In this document: positions 21,052 through 34,600 of the stretch, piece by piece
Numbering within the stretch: the stretch's first letter is position 1
Layout: the number at the start of each line of letters is the position of its first letter
Source: Carcharhinus longimanus
Lineage: Eukaryota
Assembly (NCBI GenBank): GCA_030264375.1
Contig: JASCQW010000081.1
Coordinates: forward strand, 40,264,246 to 40,328,245
DNA: 64,000 nucleotides
Direction of reading: 5' to 3'
Notes under the pieces: generated by a model
Told to the model about the DNA's origin: nothing
The model's database searches: none
The model's input: only the letters and a program-made list of their open reading frames with translations
Program-made: the position numbers and the translations under genes

Positions 21052-21955
21052 CCCAAGTTTGCAGATAAGCCAAAAACAGATGGGAAGGCAAGTGCTGTGG
21101 ATGCCACAGAGTCTACAGAAGGATATAAATAAAGTGAGTGAGCAAAAACGTGCCAGATGGAAAATAATGTAGGAAAATGTGAAGTTATGAACTTTGGTGG
21201 AAAGAATAAAGGAGTTGAATTTAAATAGAGAAAGACGGCAGAAAGCTGCGGCACAAAGGGATTTGGGGGTCCTCGTGCATAGATCTCAGCAAGCTAGCAT
21301 GCAAGTTTAGCAGGTAATAGGGAGGACAAATGTAATGTTGACCTTTATTTCAAAGGAAATGGGGTATAAAAATAGGACAATTTTGCTAAAACTTTAGATC
21401 ACACCTGAAATACTGTGAACAGTTTTGATCCCCAGATGTAAGAGGACATTTCATAGCATCTGAGAGAATCCAGAGAAGGTTCACCAGGTTGATCTCGGGT
21501 ATGGAAGGATTTTCTTACGAGGGAAGGTTGAGTAGGATGGGTTTGTACATACTGGAGTTTAGAAGAATGAGAGATAACTTTGAGATATATAAGATATTCA
21601 GCAGGCTTGATAGGGTAGAAGCTGAGAGGTTGTTTTCCCTGTGGGAGGACCAGTGGGCATAATCTCAGGGTAAAGAGTCACCCAATTAAGCTACAGGTGA
21701 GGAAGAATTTCTTCTCTGAAAGGGTAGTGAATCTGTGGAATTCTTTACCACAGAGGTCTGCAGGGTCTGGAACATTCAGTATATTCAAAGCTGAGATAGA
21801 CAGATTTTTAATCAGTAAGGGAATCAAGTGTTATGGGGATATGGTGGGAAAGTAGGATTGAGGATTATCGTGTCAGACCAGTCATGATCTCATTAAATAG
21901 TGGAGCAGACTTGATGGACCAAATAGACTACTTCTGCTCCTAATCTTATATTCTT
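21052..21955 (+). mobile_element. CR1/HER1 LINE 3' fragment
   Basis: KFAD, SLQKDI, GKCEVMNFGGKN, QRDLGVLVH, IQRRFTRLISG and RKNFFSERVVNLWNSLPQ, plus a 3' UTR ending ctacttctgctcctaatcttat. Confidence 0.93.
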
Positions 21956-21957
21956 TT

Positions 21958-22447
21958 GTGATGGAGTACTCGCCACTTGCTTGGATGAGTACAGCGCCAA
22001 TAACACACAAGAGCGACACCATCAAGGACAAAGCAGCCACTTGACTGACAGCAAATTCACTACCTTAAACATTTGCTCCCTCCACCACTGACACACAATG
22101 GCAGTAGTGCAGAGCATATACAAGACGCACCCCAACAACTCACCAAGGCTCCTTCACCAGTACCTTCCTGACCTGTAACCTCAACTGCCTAAACGGGCAA
22201 GGATAGCAGGTAACACCACAATCTGCAAATTCCCCTCCAAGCCACATGCAATCCTGCCTTAGAACTATAATCACCATTCCTTCGCTGTCACCAGATCAAA
22301 ATCCAAACAGCACTGTGGGTGTACCTACACCCAATGGACTTCAGCAGTCCAAAAAAGGCAGCTCACCACAGCTTGTCCAGGGAAATTAGAGATGGCAACA
22401 AAGGCTGGTCTAGCCAGAAACACCCCTATCTTGTGAAAGAATGAAAA
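21958..22447 (+). mobile_element. 3' end of a second CR1/L2-group LINE family (MEYSPLAW type)
   Basis: Translation VMEYSPLAWMSTAPIT...DTIKDKAA...LNICSLHH...IYKTH, ending gatggcaacaaaggctggtctagccag...aagaatgaaaa. Confidence 0.85.
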
Positions 22448-23039
22448 CAAACACTCCTGTAACTAATAGCAATATAATGCAAGAAAAGCCAACTGGACCT
22501 GGCAGAAGCTGAAATCTGCAGCCTAACCCTCTCAGAGCCACAATCTGCACCAGGGTCCCTACATGAGCAACACTGAATTTACACCAGTTCTCTTGAAACC
22601 ACTGGGAGTGCACCTCATAGTGCTAGTTAGAGTGAAGAAACCTACTGTTAAGGACAGCATTATCCGTTAAGACTTGGGCAGCAAAAGATTATAATTCAAT
22701 CTTTGCTTTGCAAATAAATTCAAATTCCACCGAATTTTCACATTTAAGAGCATGGTGTCTGCTCTCTTTTTGCTGCAGCTAGTAAAGTTGACACTGATAT
22801 AGAGGTTGGCTAAATGGTTTAACTGCTCTTTAATGCAGAATCAAGGGAGTATTAAGGAGGTAATAAGGACTGTTAATGTAGAGGGGCTTTTTCAGGTAAT
22901 TGGTTTGAGCAGGCCGATGAAAACTCTTGAGAGATCAACCTCTCATTGCCTCTGGCTGCCAGGAGTTGTGCTACTGTACTTTCTTCCAATTGTCCCACAT
23001 TTTAATCCAATTCTTTTTCATTCGATCATACCTCTTGTT

Positions 23040-23205
23040 TTGTACCTCGCACAATTTGACTTTTCATACAGTATATAATCCATCACATTCCTCCTTCTGT
23101 TTAGCTCTGAAAAAGGGTCAGAGACGCAAAATGTGAACTGTGTTTCTCTCTCCACAGGTGTTGCCAGATCAGCTGAGTTTTTCCAGCATTTTCTGCTTTT
23201 CTTTT
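23040..23205 (+). mobile_element. Penelope terminal-repeat remnant with decayed hammerhead
   Basis: agctctgaaaaagggtcagagacgcaaaatgtgaactgtgtttctctctccacaggtgttgccagatcagctgagtttttccagcattttctg. Confidence 0.7.
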
Positions 23206-23229
23206 CTATTTTTCATTCCACTGTCATAC

Positions 23230-23965
23230 CATGCAGAATGATACAACCAGTTCTGTCTGCAGCATTTTGCAATGAGGCCCATCCTCAAGATGCCAATCAT
23301 GTGCTTAGTGATGTTTCTGGTATTCAGTGATTATTACTGTACCCATTCTACACAGGCATGGTGAAGCTACAAAAAGTTGCCTTCAGCCAGAAATGGCTGC
23401 CCAACAAGCCCAGCCCTTAGCCATTCCCAGACAGAAGGAATTGGAGAGGATTGGAGGAGTGCCTCAGGGTAAGAACATTATGACAGCTGTCAGCAAAACT
23501 GGAACCAATGTAAATGATCCTGAGGCCAGGTAGGCATTGATGGGATGATTTGAGACAAGCTCAAATTTTACCTAAGGTGACTGAGAAGCCGCTGATGCCA
23601 GCCATCCCACAGTTCTAAAGGTGTCACACTCTGGGAAGTCATGTACTAATAAGCTTTGGTTAAGGGAGCATTGGCAATCTGCGTAACACAACTGTACACC
23701 GCAGACTGGGAAATATAGGTGGCATCTCCAAACCCATTCTGGGGAGAATCGAAAGACAGAGGGTTCAGGGTGCTTCTCACCCCGACAGTCATTGACAAAA
23801 TATGGCCCTCAATATAGCAGGTCCCAAATCTTACCATAGGTGGCTGTACAGATCTGTGGCACTTGTCTGATCAAATGCAGCCTCATGTCATAATGCCCCT
23901 CTAGGATATCCAAGCAATGACTGACACCAGTCCTACAGACTCGGTGGAATGATTAAGGCAGCTCC
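23230..23965 (-). pseudogene. PIF/Harbinger (HARBI1-like) DDE transposase remnant
   Basis: Colinear decayed motifs: HRVCRTGVSHCLDILEGHYDMRLHLIRQV; GHILSMTVGVRSTLNPLSFDSPQNGFGDATYISQSAVYSCVTQIANA (ORF 23646-23837); GISGFSVTLGKI*; LRIIYIGSSFADSCHNVLTLRHSS (cf. PGSCHD..ILR.S); GLLGS (cf. LLGD); NTRNITKHMIGILRM. The catalytic Asp positions are lost. Confidence 0.8.
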
Positions 23966-24279
23966 CCTCATCCACTCTGCCCAACAAGCCCAGCTCCTAT
24001 CTTCCTGGATACGGAGGTTGCTGCCGATATTCCAACAATCCATTCAGAATAAAGAAGCAAACACATTGCTCAACATAAGCTGAAAGTGCTTAGTCAGGAT
24101 GAGGAAGACTAACAAATAAACAAAAAGAATCAAATTCCAAACTCTGAAATGACAATCTGACACACCTGAAAAGTGTAGAGCCAAATGCTTAGAGGAGAAA
24201 ATTTCAGGGCAATGGGGAAAATGCCAGGAATGGAACTAATTTCAAAGCTCTTCTACAAGATTGCATAAATCTCTGATAA

Positions 24280-24675
24280 AAAGGAAAAATAAAGACATTT
24301 TTGCCCTCAGGATGACCCAAAGTGCTTTTGGGCCAATGAAATGCATTCAAAGTGTTGTCAGTCATGTAATGTAGGAAATACAGCAGCCAATTTGTATACA
24401 GCAAATTCCCACAAATGGCAATGTGATAATGGCCAGATAATCTTGTTTTATGATGTTGATTGAGGGATAAATATTGTCCATTGATAGGTTCCCAACACTT
24501 CTTTGAAATAGTGCCATGGGATCTTTTAAGTCCACCTGAGAGGGCACTTTAAGCCGCGGTTTAAGTTCTCATTGGAAATACAACACCTCTGATAGTGCAC
24601 CACCCATACCCTCCATGAATAAGACATGAGTCCAAAACCTTCTGACTTACTGGCAACAGTGCCAAAGCTGACACA
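24280..24675 (-). mobile_element. SacSINE1-like Deu-SINE, near full length
   Basis: Reverse strand ctctcaggtggacttaaaagatcccatggcactatttcaaagaag (Deu core), then aatatttatccctcaatcaacatc...aaattggctgctgtatttcctacattac...aagcactttgggtcatcctgagg. Confidence 0.88.
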
Positions 24676-26859
24676 TTTGAGAACATTTTGCTTTAAGACT
24701 TGATTTGCTTTCAATCAGTTACCATCTGCAATTTTTTAAAATGTTGCTTATTAGTTAAGGGACACAACTTGCATTGTCAAATACCTTTTTTTATTCTTTT
24801 CTCTGAGTTTAGTTTTCAAAATCTTTTATATCATTCATTCGGACAAGCTTCTGTCTCGTAGCTGGTGCTTGCTAAGCTCCTGAGACAGAGAGCTTTCAAA
24901 GATCATGCTTGACAGTGGCCACTGTTTAAATACTGGTACCTTGAGAGGAGGATTAGATCGCAGCCCCTTTTGTTTAACCACCTGTGGCTATAACAGATAC
25001 CATTACATTTGGGAATCTGCTTCTCTCCCACTTGCTCTTCAGGCACCTGCAAGTAGTCTACGCTGTGTAAACATGCTGTTGCAATTGGCTTTCTGCATAA
25101 GGTTTGAAAAGACACAAACTGCAAAACATCCATCCCATTCTCCCCCTGAACCCCGGTACAAACACAAGATTTAGCATACTTTTTGCAAGTGCTGTTGCTC
25201 TTATTTTACTTCTAGGGTTCCAAATAATTCAACATTATCTGATGAAGGAAAAGCAATGTCAGACTTGGCAGCTCTGTACAGTTAATAATTCCATCTTGAA
25301 CAAGGGAGATCTATGATTGCTTGATGAGAAGTACTGGTAGTTCAGGAACATTTCCTAGAAATTACTGTTTATGATACCAAGACTTAAAATGTTCATATGG
25401 CATTTCTCAGTTCACTGTTTTATTTTAAGCATGAAACCATAGGACCTCCATTAAATAACTGCTTAGGAATGTGACACAAAAAAGAATGGTTGTAAACTCT
25501 AGACACATTTTGGAATCTTCATATTCGAACTGATACTATGGAGCCAAACAGTGTGGTTGTTAAAACAAAAGTCTATTATTTCAGAATGTTTCAACATAGC
25601 GGGATTGAATGCAAGGTCTAGCATACTTCATAACAGAGAAATGGTGTGTTCCACACACATCACTGATTCCTCCAATTAAAACTAAGCGTAGTCTTGAATT
25701 GGAGTGGGCTTGAGGGTAGGGCTAATCAGACAAAGGCATGGGGGTGTAATACAGTCTTTATTTTGTTGTCACACATTTACTCTCTTTCCACTATAAATTC
25801 CTATGTCCACATTTATGATGGGAACTCAAAGTCATTTCATCACTTTGTAACTGCCAATGGTGACAATAGAACACCTCAGCCGGCAGGAAGGTGAAACTGC
25901 AGTGTGACAGGTTTACACACAGGCAGTATCCATAATAAATGTAGACAGAGGAATTTAAAACGGATAAAGATGGCTTTGAGGTAAGATCTTTCATAAATGA
26001 AAGAGAATCTTTAATGGCACGGCACATGGGAAATCAAGCCCAAAAGCAGTCTTCAGGTGAAGGGGAGTTACAAGGTGCGATACAATTGAACCTTCTAACA
26101 CATGACACTCAATGCCCATTTTAAAATCATGCATGCTGTTCTTACTTATAAATATTTTGATTTCAATTCATAATTTATTAAACGAAAATTAAGATGATTT
26201 ATGAAGCAAAGCAATAGAATTAGTTGAAGTACAGAGATTTTCTCGGTCATTGAGAGAGAGCAGTTTGAACATGTTAAAGACAAGGCCTGCAGCAGTAATT
26301 CTGGTAGAAGGATGAAATTACAGCATAATTTTATGTAGGCAATTTCTATTATAAATCTGGACATAAGAATTAAAGATGAAAGGTTGGCAAAGAAGTGTAA
26401 CTAAAATGTCACAACAGGAAGTATTTGCAGACATAAAATTCTTAACATGCATACGCAGCTAATAATTTTTTTAAAAGTGCATTCTGTACTGGGAAGAGAC
26501 TTGACAGCTTGTCCAGTAAGTAAAGGCACCATCTGGTGTTGCACTCATACAGGACAGAAGGTATCATGTTCAAATTTCGGCCTATGATGGGGAGCAGTTA
26601 ATAGCTACAATTAATCTCATTGCAATTAGCTTGAGGGGGTGAGAATCATGGAGGAATCCCACTCCTAATCATTATCCTGTGATCAGTGCTGAAAAACGTC
26701 CTTGTGTAAAGATTAAATGTGCACAGCGTTCGACCCTGCCCGCTTTCATTTTCTGTGATTGAATAGCCTGCCAAAACCTGAAGACTGGATTTTCTGATTG
26801 GCATTAAAGAAAGAAACAAAAAAAAGCTTTTAAAAAAAAATCAACCCAGATTTTCATCC

Positions 26860-28185
26860 CTATATCAGTGCAATTTTCCAAAAATCACAAGTCCCACCCC
26901 TGAACATGGTACTTTCCACTTCCACGGGGCAGGACTGGGAGGCAGGGTGCACTTCACCGAAGCAGATCAACATTAAATCATTTGCTACCTCCACTGAAGT
27001 GGACTTTTGGTAGGTCAGGAGTGTGAAACCTTTGTGCGAAATTAGACTAGAGAACAACAGGTTTGAACTTAGTAGATTTGTTTGGATAGTCAAGGTGTCT
27101 CTTTGGATCTGGCCCCGGGACATCAATGGGTAATGTCAGGTGCCCTTTAGTTGAATCAGGTAGGACTATAAGTAGGCGTAAATGAGTGTAGAAACCAGAT
27201 AAATGTACTGCTGTGAACGGACCTGTAAAATCAACTATCAAAACCATCAGAGGCACTTGTCAAATGGATCTGTCAATGGGAGCTGTCAAGGCATTTAAAA
27301 GATCCTGTCCATTGAATCTTGGAAAAAAAATGTCGGACTGTTTTAAAAAAAAATGATTGCTTGCTATTTCACTCTGTCAACATAAGCCAGAAGGTTTCCA
27401 TTACTGGATTGATGCTGCTGATTTCACAACCATTCATTATCACTTCTTGAAGTGACATTACGGGCAGGATTCTCCAGCCGCACGTGCCCCAATGCCAGAA
27501 ATTCCTGCTGAGCTCAATGGATGTTTAAATGGTTTGCCAAATTTTCTGTATCACCCACTACGATTCCCATGGGAGATAAGGTGGGAGAATTACGACCTAT
27601 GAATTCCAATGCTTATTGTTATGAGACTGTGCACATGAATGAAACGGTTGTTGTTAAAAGGCTTTTAATTGAAGAAATGCAAATATAGTAAACTAGTTTT
27701 TAGATTGAAAGATTTCTTCTCAATATAGTGAAGTCTGTAATAGACATTTAGAATGTGCATGGGGGCAAGAAAAGGGCTCTGGGGATGGATACAGAGGTAG
27801 AGGGACAATAAAGGGTTATCGAGGTAGACACAGGTGAACATGGAATATATGAGGGGCCCTGTGGATGGGAACAGGGCATGAAGTAACATGAGTTGGTATG
27901 GATAGGATATGGGATGTATGTATGGGTGTGAGGAGTGAGGGATGTTTTGTGTTTTAATCTGTACTTATCATTTTTGGACATTGTTTCAGAGCCCCAATGG
28001 AGACCTTTCACCCAGCCCACCTCCACACCTAATGGCCTCCTCACTTTTTCCCAGGTTCCTTGCCTCGACACATTTTTCAGTTTGTAACTCCAGACATTTG
28101 AGCAGCCATTTTTAAAGGTCGGGCTCAAAGAGCTAGGAAGTCTCTCATTGCTACGCACGCAACCCATGAGTAAAAACTGGATCAT
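26860..28185. mobile_element. Probable long decayed non-autonomous DNA element
   Basis: GC-richer block with a G-rich, purine-biased segment (27750-27940) like the interiors of the other MITEs. Termini not resolved. Confidence 0.35.
27462..27597. mobile_element. Short MITE (about 136 bp)
   Basis: TIRs gggcaggattctcc and ggagaattacgacc. Flanks tac/tat are a possible 3-bp TSD. Confidence 0.65.
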
Positions 28186-28639
28186 AGATTCCATCGTCTC
28201 ACCTTAAACATTGAAAGAAAAGACACTTGGACAAGGTTAAGTCAATATATTCAGAGGAAACGGGAGAACATGAAAGGAATGTATTTGATTGCCACCTTGT
28301 TTCAAAAATAGCATGGAAGGCATATGCTTTATAATGAATAATATATGCTTTTTAAAACCTCTCAGCCTACTTGGTCTCACAAAGATATTCAACTGTCATG
28401 GATATAGCTAAGCTTTCATCATTCATAAACTTATTTAGCACTTTTAGGGAACTTTTCTATTAATGGACTCTTGTCTGTTCATGGTGCATATCCCAGTATT
28501 CTTCCTAAAATCTTCACTTTAAAATAAAGCCTCTTCATAACTGACAGTGAATACAAGCTCTCAAATACAGGATTAAGTGCTTGGAGATGCAACTATTCAG
28601 GTGGGAAAGGAAATATTTTGGTGCCACTCCTGTAAAACC

Positions 28640-28925
28640 GCTGTTAAAGATTCATTAAAACATGCCCAGCACACTTGGTGTAATTACCATACTGTAAGAA
28701 CAGTAACCTTTTACTGAACGTTAGTGGATAGATTATTGGAATTGCATAAGCTGATTGGAGGCTGATCAAACGTCCATTGAAGTAGCTATTAAAATCTGAC
28801 ATTCTAATTATGCCATTAGAATGGGAAAAGAAGTGCCTCACAGCTCTTACGTGTACTGTGCACTAGCTACTTATTAATGGATGCAACATAAAAATAAAAA
28901 TATACACCAGTTAAGTTTAATTAAA
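28640..28925. promoter_or_regulatory. Candidate conserved non-coding element
   Basis: Dense homeodomain/POU-like words (attgcataa, ctaattat, ttattaatgg, ttaattaa) in unique sequence. Inference only. Confidence 0.35.
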
Positions 28926-29314
28926 AGCAATTTCCACAAGCTTTGGAGGCACTCGGTCCTTATTCTTGTTGGGTACCTTTGAACTACGTCAAAAGACCGG
29001 TTTTGCAATTGTGATTTTTCAGGACATATGTGCTCATGCTAATGAAACAAAATATGTCAGATTTGTCAGCAGCATCAAGAATATGACACCTGACCTCAGG
29101 CATGACAATGAAGTAAGGATCATGTCAACCAGAGTTCAACGAGCTTGGACTAATAAAGATACTTCCTTTCTTAGAATGGTTAGATCTGCTTCCTTGTGGA
29201 AAGTTATTTGAACTTCTTATATTTATTACTGGATCACATTTTACAGTTCCTTAATGTAATTTAATCTGGATATGCAAGTTCCAAATTCTGAACAGATCTT
29301 CTGTATTAAGTAAG

Positions 29315-29557
29315 GGGCAGCACGGTGGCACAGTGGTAAGCACTGCTGCCTCATAGCGCCAGGGACCTGTATTCGATTCCGGCTTATGCAGAGTCTGCAC
29401 ATTCTCCTCGTGTCTGTATGGGTTTCTTCCTGGTGCTCCGGTTTCCTTCCACAGTCTGAAAGACGTGCTGGTTAGGTGCACTGGCCACGCTAAATTCTCC
29501 CTCAGTGTACCCAAACAGGCAGAGTGTGGCAACTATCTGTGACACCAGTAAATAAAC
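29315..29557 (+). mobile_element. HE1-type V-SINE, tail type A, with an internal deletion in the tail
   Basis: gggcagcacggtggcacagtggtaagcactgctgcctca...aaattctccctcagtgtacccaaacaggc...tgtgacaccagtaaataaac. Confidence 0.92.
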
Positions 29558-31499
29558 GTAGAACTTTAATTTAAGTAGCCCAAAATACGAGTCAGGGATC
29601 ATCCTACCTTTTTCTTGGAAAGGGTTTACCTTAGAAAAAAATTACTGAACACATTACAGCTTCTTTGCTGAGACTGCTATCAATCTCCAATAGGAGCAGT
29701 CATCTTGGAAGAATTACCAGGAAATGACACTAAGTGTTACACTGAAGGCTAGATTTGAAAATAACTCTGGGGCACAGATGCAGTCTGCTTTTCATATACT
29801 GATTAAGCCTGACATACGTTGAGAATGTTTTTAAAACCTTCACAGATGTTAAAGTTTCTCTTGTCTTATAAATAGCTATGGTCAACTGATACCAATATGG
29901 TTCTGAGCGCTACAATTTCCAGTAAAATACCACTGCTGCTACCTGGCCTCCAAAGATAAAACATATTGATGGGGTGCAGGTACTGATTTTAAAGATTAGT
30001 TTGATGGATTTTAAGGATAAATTGATACAATTATGCATCCAAAACCTGAGAAATGGTTTAAGTGAAAACACAAAGAATAAAGGAAACATCAACTGCAATG
30101 AAAGACAGCCTATGACATATGGATCAGGTAATTGCTCCTTGAAGCTATAAAAACTGTAATGCTGCTCCTCAGAGAACAATAGTTGATACAGACCAACCAA
30201 CTATTAACAGTGAAGATTAGTTTGTGGAAGTATTACTTCACAGGACAGCCTGACTGGGGTTTAGCATTCAAAAAGGCTGAACATATTTTGCAGCAGACTT
30301 TTCCCATCATAATGAATGCTTTTTAAACACTTGTCAAAAGCCTGTACCATTTATACTCTTGCAATGCAGCAATAATCAACACTTACGTAAGGAATATGTC
30401 TTCAACAGCAGCCAGTACGATAGGGAGTTGCACAATTAAACCCCACCAAAAAAAAAACTCAGTGAATGATAATCTGGCCACACTAAATTAAAATCAACCA
30501 TGGGAATTAAGAAATGAAGTCTGGTTATGCTCTTCTATCATGAATCTTGACAGTTTACTTCTTGACATTAGGATTGGTTTGTCATCCCCACACTTGCCCA
30601 ATTTGTGCAAATAATATGACAAACTAAGCAAAAATCTTTGCTCATGTCTGATTTAAACCAGTACTATCAGTGTTTCTCACTGCTTTCTAACATTGCAACA
30701 TGAAGCAAATTCTGTAATGGATTGGGATCTCTGGCTTGCAGCCTTGTTGATAGATTTTAAGGACTCTAGTATTCACACCTCACTCTTCGTTGCCCCATCT
30801 AGTAGTATTGCACTGGAGTATTTTAACTTGCAATTAAAAATAATGTAACTGTTTAGTTTTTAAGCTAAATCTCCAGATTTAAATTTTTTTCTTTGAAAAA
30901 CCTGGTGTTTCAGTCCAAAATTCTGACTTACTACTTTATACAATTTCTTAAAATGCTGTAACATTTTGTCTTTCACTCATTGCTGTGCATTTTTTAACAA
31001 ATTTGTTCATCTTACCTTTAGGTATAAGTGATAATGTAATAATCGTGTCAAAATTTCTCTCAACAATATTCGTAGACCAATGCTTACCACTTCTGTTGGA
31101 TCTTTCTCTGCTCCTAATTTTAACAGAGGATTTAACGCATTTATTTGATACATTAATTTGTTTTTGAGCAGCTGCCCACTGACATAACCTGTCATCCTCT
31201 CTTTGGTTTAAATTTTTATTCACTATCTTGTTGTAGCTGGCCACCAGACTCTCTGTTCCTCTATTGGAATTCCAGCTAATCCCACAGCTTCCTATTCTCT
31301 CTGCTATTTCTCTGGTCTCTCTTTACATCACTCATCTCTTTTCATGCTTTGTTACCTTACACAAAGTCAGAAAGTAACGCTTGGGTGTGGGCTCAAGTCT
31401 TCCATGAGCAAGATGATTTAGGAAAATGTTTATAATGCACTAGATACACCAGATGAAAGGAAATACTTCAAAACTTCACAGAATTCCACTCGACTCCAG

Positions 31500-31615
31500 C
31501 ATTAACTGCTGTCAGATTCGGAACATTATGGGCTAAAGTCCCACCCCAGGGATCTGAGCACAAAACCTAGACTTACATTTCAGTATCGCAGTATAAGTGT
31601 GCTTTTGTTGCAAGT
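31500..31615 (+). mobile_element. SacSINE1-like head fragment
   Basis: tgggctaaagtcccaccccagggatctgagcacaaaacctagacttacatttcagt. Confidence 0.55.
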
Positions 31616-34600
31616 ACAACACTTATACAAAATGACACAACACGATTAAGACCTTAGTATGTAACATAATGGCAATAATGGCCTTGGAAGTAGTTAAAGG
31701 TGCACCCATTGTAGAGCACCAAAGAATCCAATACAGCAGATGATTCAAAGTCTTCCACACCAGGAGTGTGCTAAAAGCAGAAAAGAAGTCCAGTACTTAT
31801 TCCTGAAACAGGCTTTAAGCCTTTAACATATGCAAATAAGTGCCCATTTGAGTTACCAATACAAAATTCATCTGCTTTCAGCTATGTTCGGGAAAAACGC
31901 AGACTAAATACAACATAATTAGTGGTCCTTAAAAGAAGCAATGGAGCTGCCACTAAAATAGTAGGTGGTTAAAAAATATTATCAGAGTTAGGAGCCTGAA
32001 GGAGTAGGCATGCAGTGCCAAAAACCTATTCCTAATCAGCCCTCCTCCTTAAAGCTTCCCTCCTGTTTGTGCCACTTTGTTCCATCAGAGGGATAATTTC
32101 CTACGCCCAGTTTGTGCCAACCTGCACCAAATTCTAAGTGATTATCTTAATACATATTACATAAAATTGAAGATAACAAAAACCCATTGCAAAATATACA
32201 TGCCACTGTTATGCAGTCTGAATTAATGTCAATTATCTCCTCATACTTTGGATTAAAGGTTAAAAAGAACCACTTGTAAGTTGTTAAATGACTTAATTGA
32301 CTTATAGACAAACAAAACCCACCTGGCACATGCCAGACACCCTCTCATTACTTCTACCTCACTGTAAAGTTGCTTTCTGATCACAGGTGCAGTCTTTTGG
32401 CTTAGTTTCAATAATACTAAGCTGAGATAGTTTCAGACTGTGGTTAGATTTCATTCAAATTTGCTCTCCTACCTCCACAAGTTAATGCAGAAAATTGGCT
32501 AAAATCTCAGACTTGTTTACAATGTCAGAAAAAGTTGGACTGAGGCTAGTCTGGGCAATCTTTATTATCCGGGCAGCCTGACAGAATCTCAACATTGACA
32601 ATCAGTCAAGAATGCTAGTTTCAAGCAGCCACAGAGAAGCTGACAGGGCCAACTGAGTTACTGGCAATCCACAGGTTACGTCACCTGAACATGTCAAAAA
32701 CTGAAGGTGGAATAATATGGTGAGAAATGGCACTAATTTACTGTCGATACACTAGTTCTTCCCATGTTGGCATGGAAGTTGCCACATTTTCTTGGCTCGT
32801 CGCCATCACTTGTTATGTCACATTTTGTATCATATTCCATTCTTTGCATTATTAGCATTTCTTTAAGCCAGATGTTTCTGCAATATTATATCTCAACGTT
32901 AAACTTTCTCAATTCAAACCTTAGCTATTTTTCCGCAGCAAGGTAAATGCAATATTTTATAAAAGTCACGTGTTTCATCATACAAAATAAAAAGTCATTA
33001 TATGGAAAGCAAAACAAGCCATTTCTTGTTTAATAGGCTGAATTGCAACATAAACAATAAAACAATTGTCTCATTTTTCCAACTAGGATCCCAACATCTT
33101 AGAAGAATAAATTATTCATTCATATTCTTTAATTTTTTGAAGAATTGTCTATTTTTCCAAGACAATATTTTATTATTATTTGGTTTTAAAAGGACTAATA
33201 GTTCTCAAAAATAAACCAACAAATTCCCATTTTAGATAACTTGAGGTTAAGTATTACTATTTTTGAACCCATTAGTGAATGAAAAATATACTTTTCAATT
33301 TGATCAGAATCATGCCTTGTGGTGCACAGATTGAGCCATGGGATGAGAAATGATAGGGAGGCTGTGCCCTTACCAAAATATGCCAAATTTCCCATGTAAA
33401 ACTGAAATGTAATAAATAGTCTTATCAACTTTAAGATTTAAACATTTTAAGTGTATTTTACATCCCAAAGAGTTTATTTGTTAAATACCCAAAGACACTC
33501 TACAATAGCAACATCACAGATGGGTTTTACTTGCATTGTATCTTTGGATCCTAAAAAACTGAATTGATTAATTTAGTTTGCTATATAGAGAGAAAGCAGT
33601 GGTGGACTTCTCAGCTTGGAAGTGGTTGGGAAACCTGAAGAGAGGTTAAATTTCTTAAATATGGAAGAATTGTAAAATCTACTTACGTAAGCAGTTCATC
33701 TTTTGATTAAACATGCATTATAAGTAGAAAAAAGTACAATTGGTCAGATTATAATAACGTGTCTATGATTGGAGTTCATAGGCTCATTCTAGCTCACAGG
33801 ATAGTGATTGCTGTGCATTCTAAGCTTAACGTTTTGTTCAGCTGACAAGCTTTATGATCTCTCTGAACTCCATCACATTCCAAGTTCCCAGAGAACAAGA
33901 AAATCCCACATGATTACACGTGAGGAATACCAGAATCTAACTTTGTGCTGCTCAATATTGATGTGACAAGGCTCATAATTCTCCTACAGACAAATTTAGT
34001 ACTTGCTCTGATTAAACCTCAGAAGCATTCTGAATTTCAAAGTGGCTTATATCTGAGCCTTGGCGAGGTATATTAAAGTTCATATCCTACTTTATCTTCA
34101 AACAATTAGGTCCAAAGTCAGTTTCGAATTCATGCTTATTTTCCACATACACTGGTTAATGAAGAATTTAATCAACAGTGGCTTTGTTGGCCTCAGCTGG
34201 ATATGGTAAATGGATTCTAAAGCTGGCCATTAAATTTTTCAACCGTGTGCTTAAATATAGACAATTCTCAAAAAGAAAAGCCACAATTAAATTCCACCAA
34301 TTCTACAACTGGTACGACAGTGTTTCCTTTTCGCTAATTGTAGAAGGAAAAGATCTGATGGTGCCAAATTTGTATTTGATCCCAGTGACCTTTGTTAAAA
34401 AACAACTTTCCAAAAATATATCTTCTAATATCCTCAACACTTTGAGTCATGTACCTTTTCAAAGGATAAAGATTTTATTAAAATCCAACTGTATTTTGAG
34501 GAAGAATGTTAGCTAAAAGGAACAATGTTGAATAAAGCACATCCTTCCTACAATGAAGGAAAAAAGATCCTAAAAGTACTGCAGTATTCCCAAGGTAATG

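Noticed and set aside
23646-23837. Functional HARBI1 gene
   Set aside because: The surrounding frame has stops, frameshifts and lost catalytic residues, so it is a transposon fossil.
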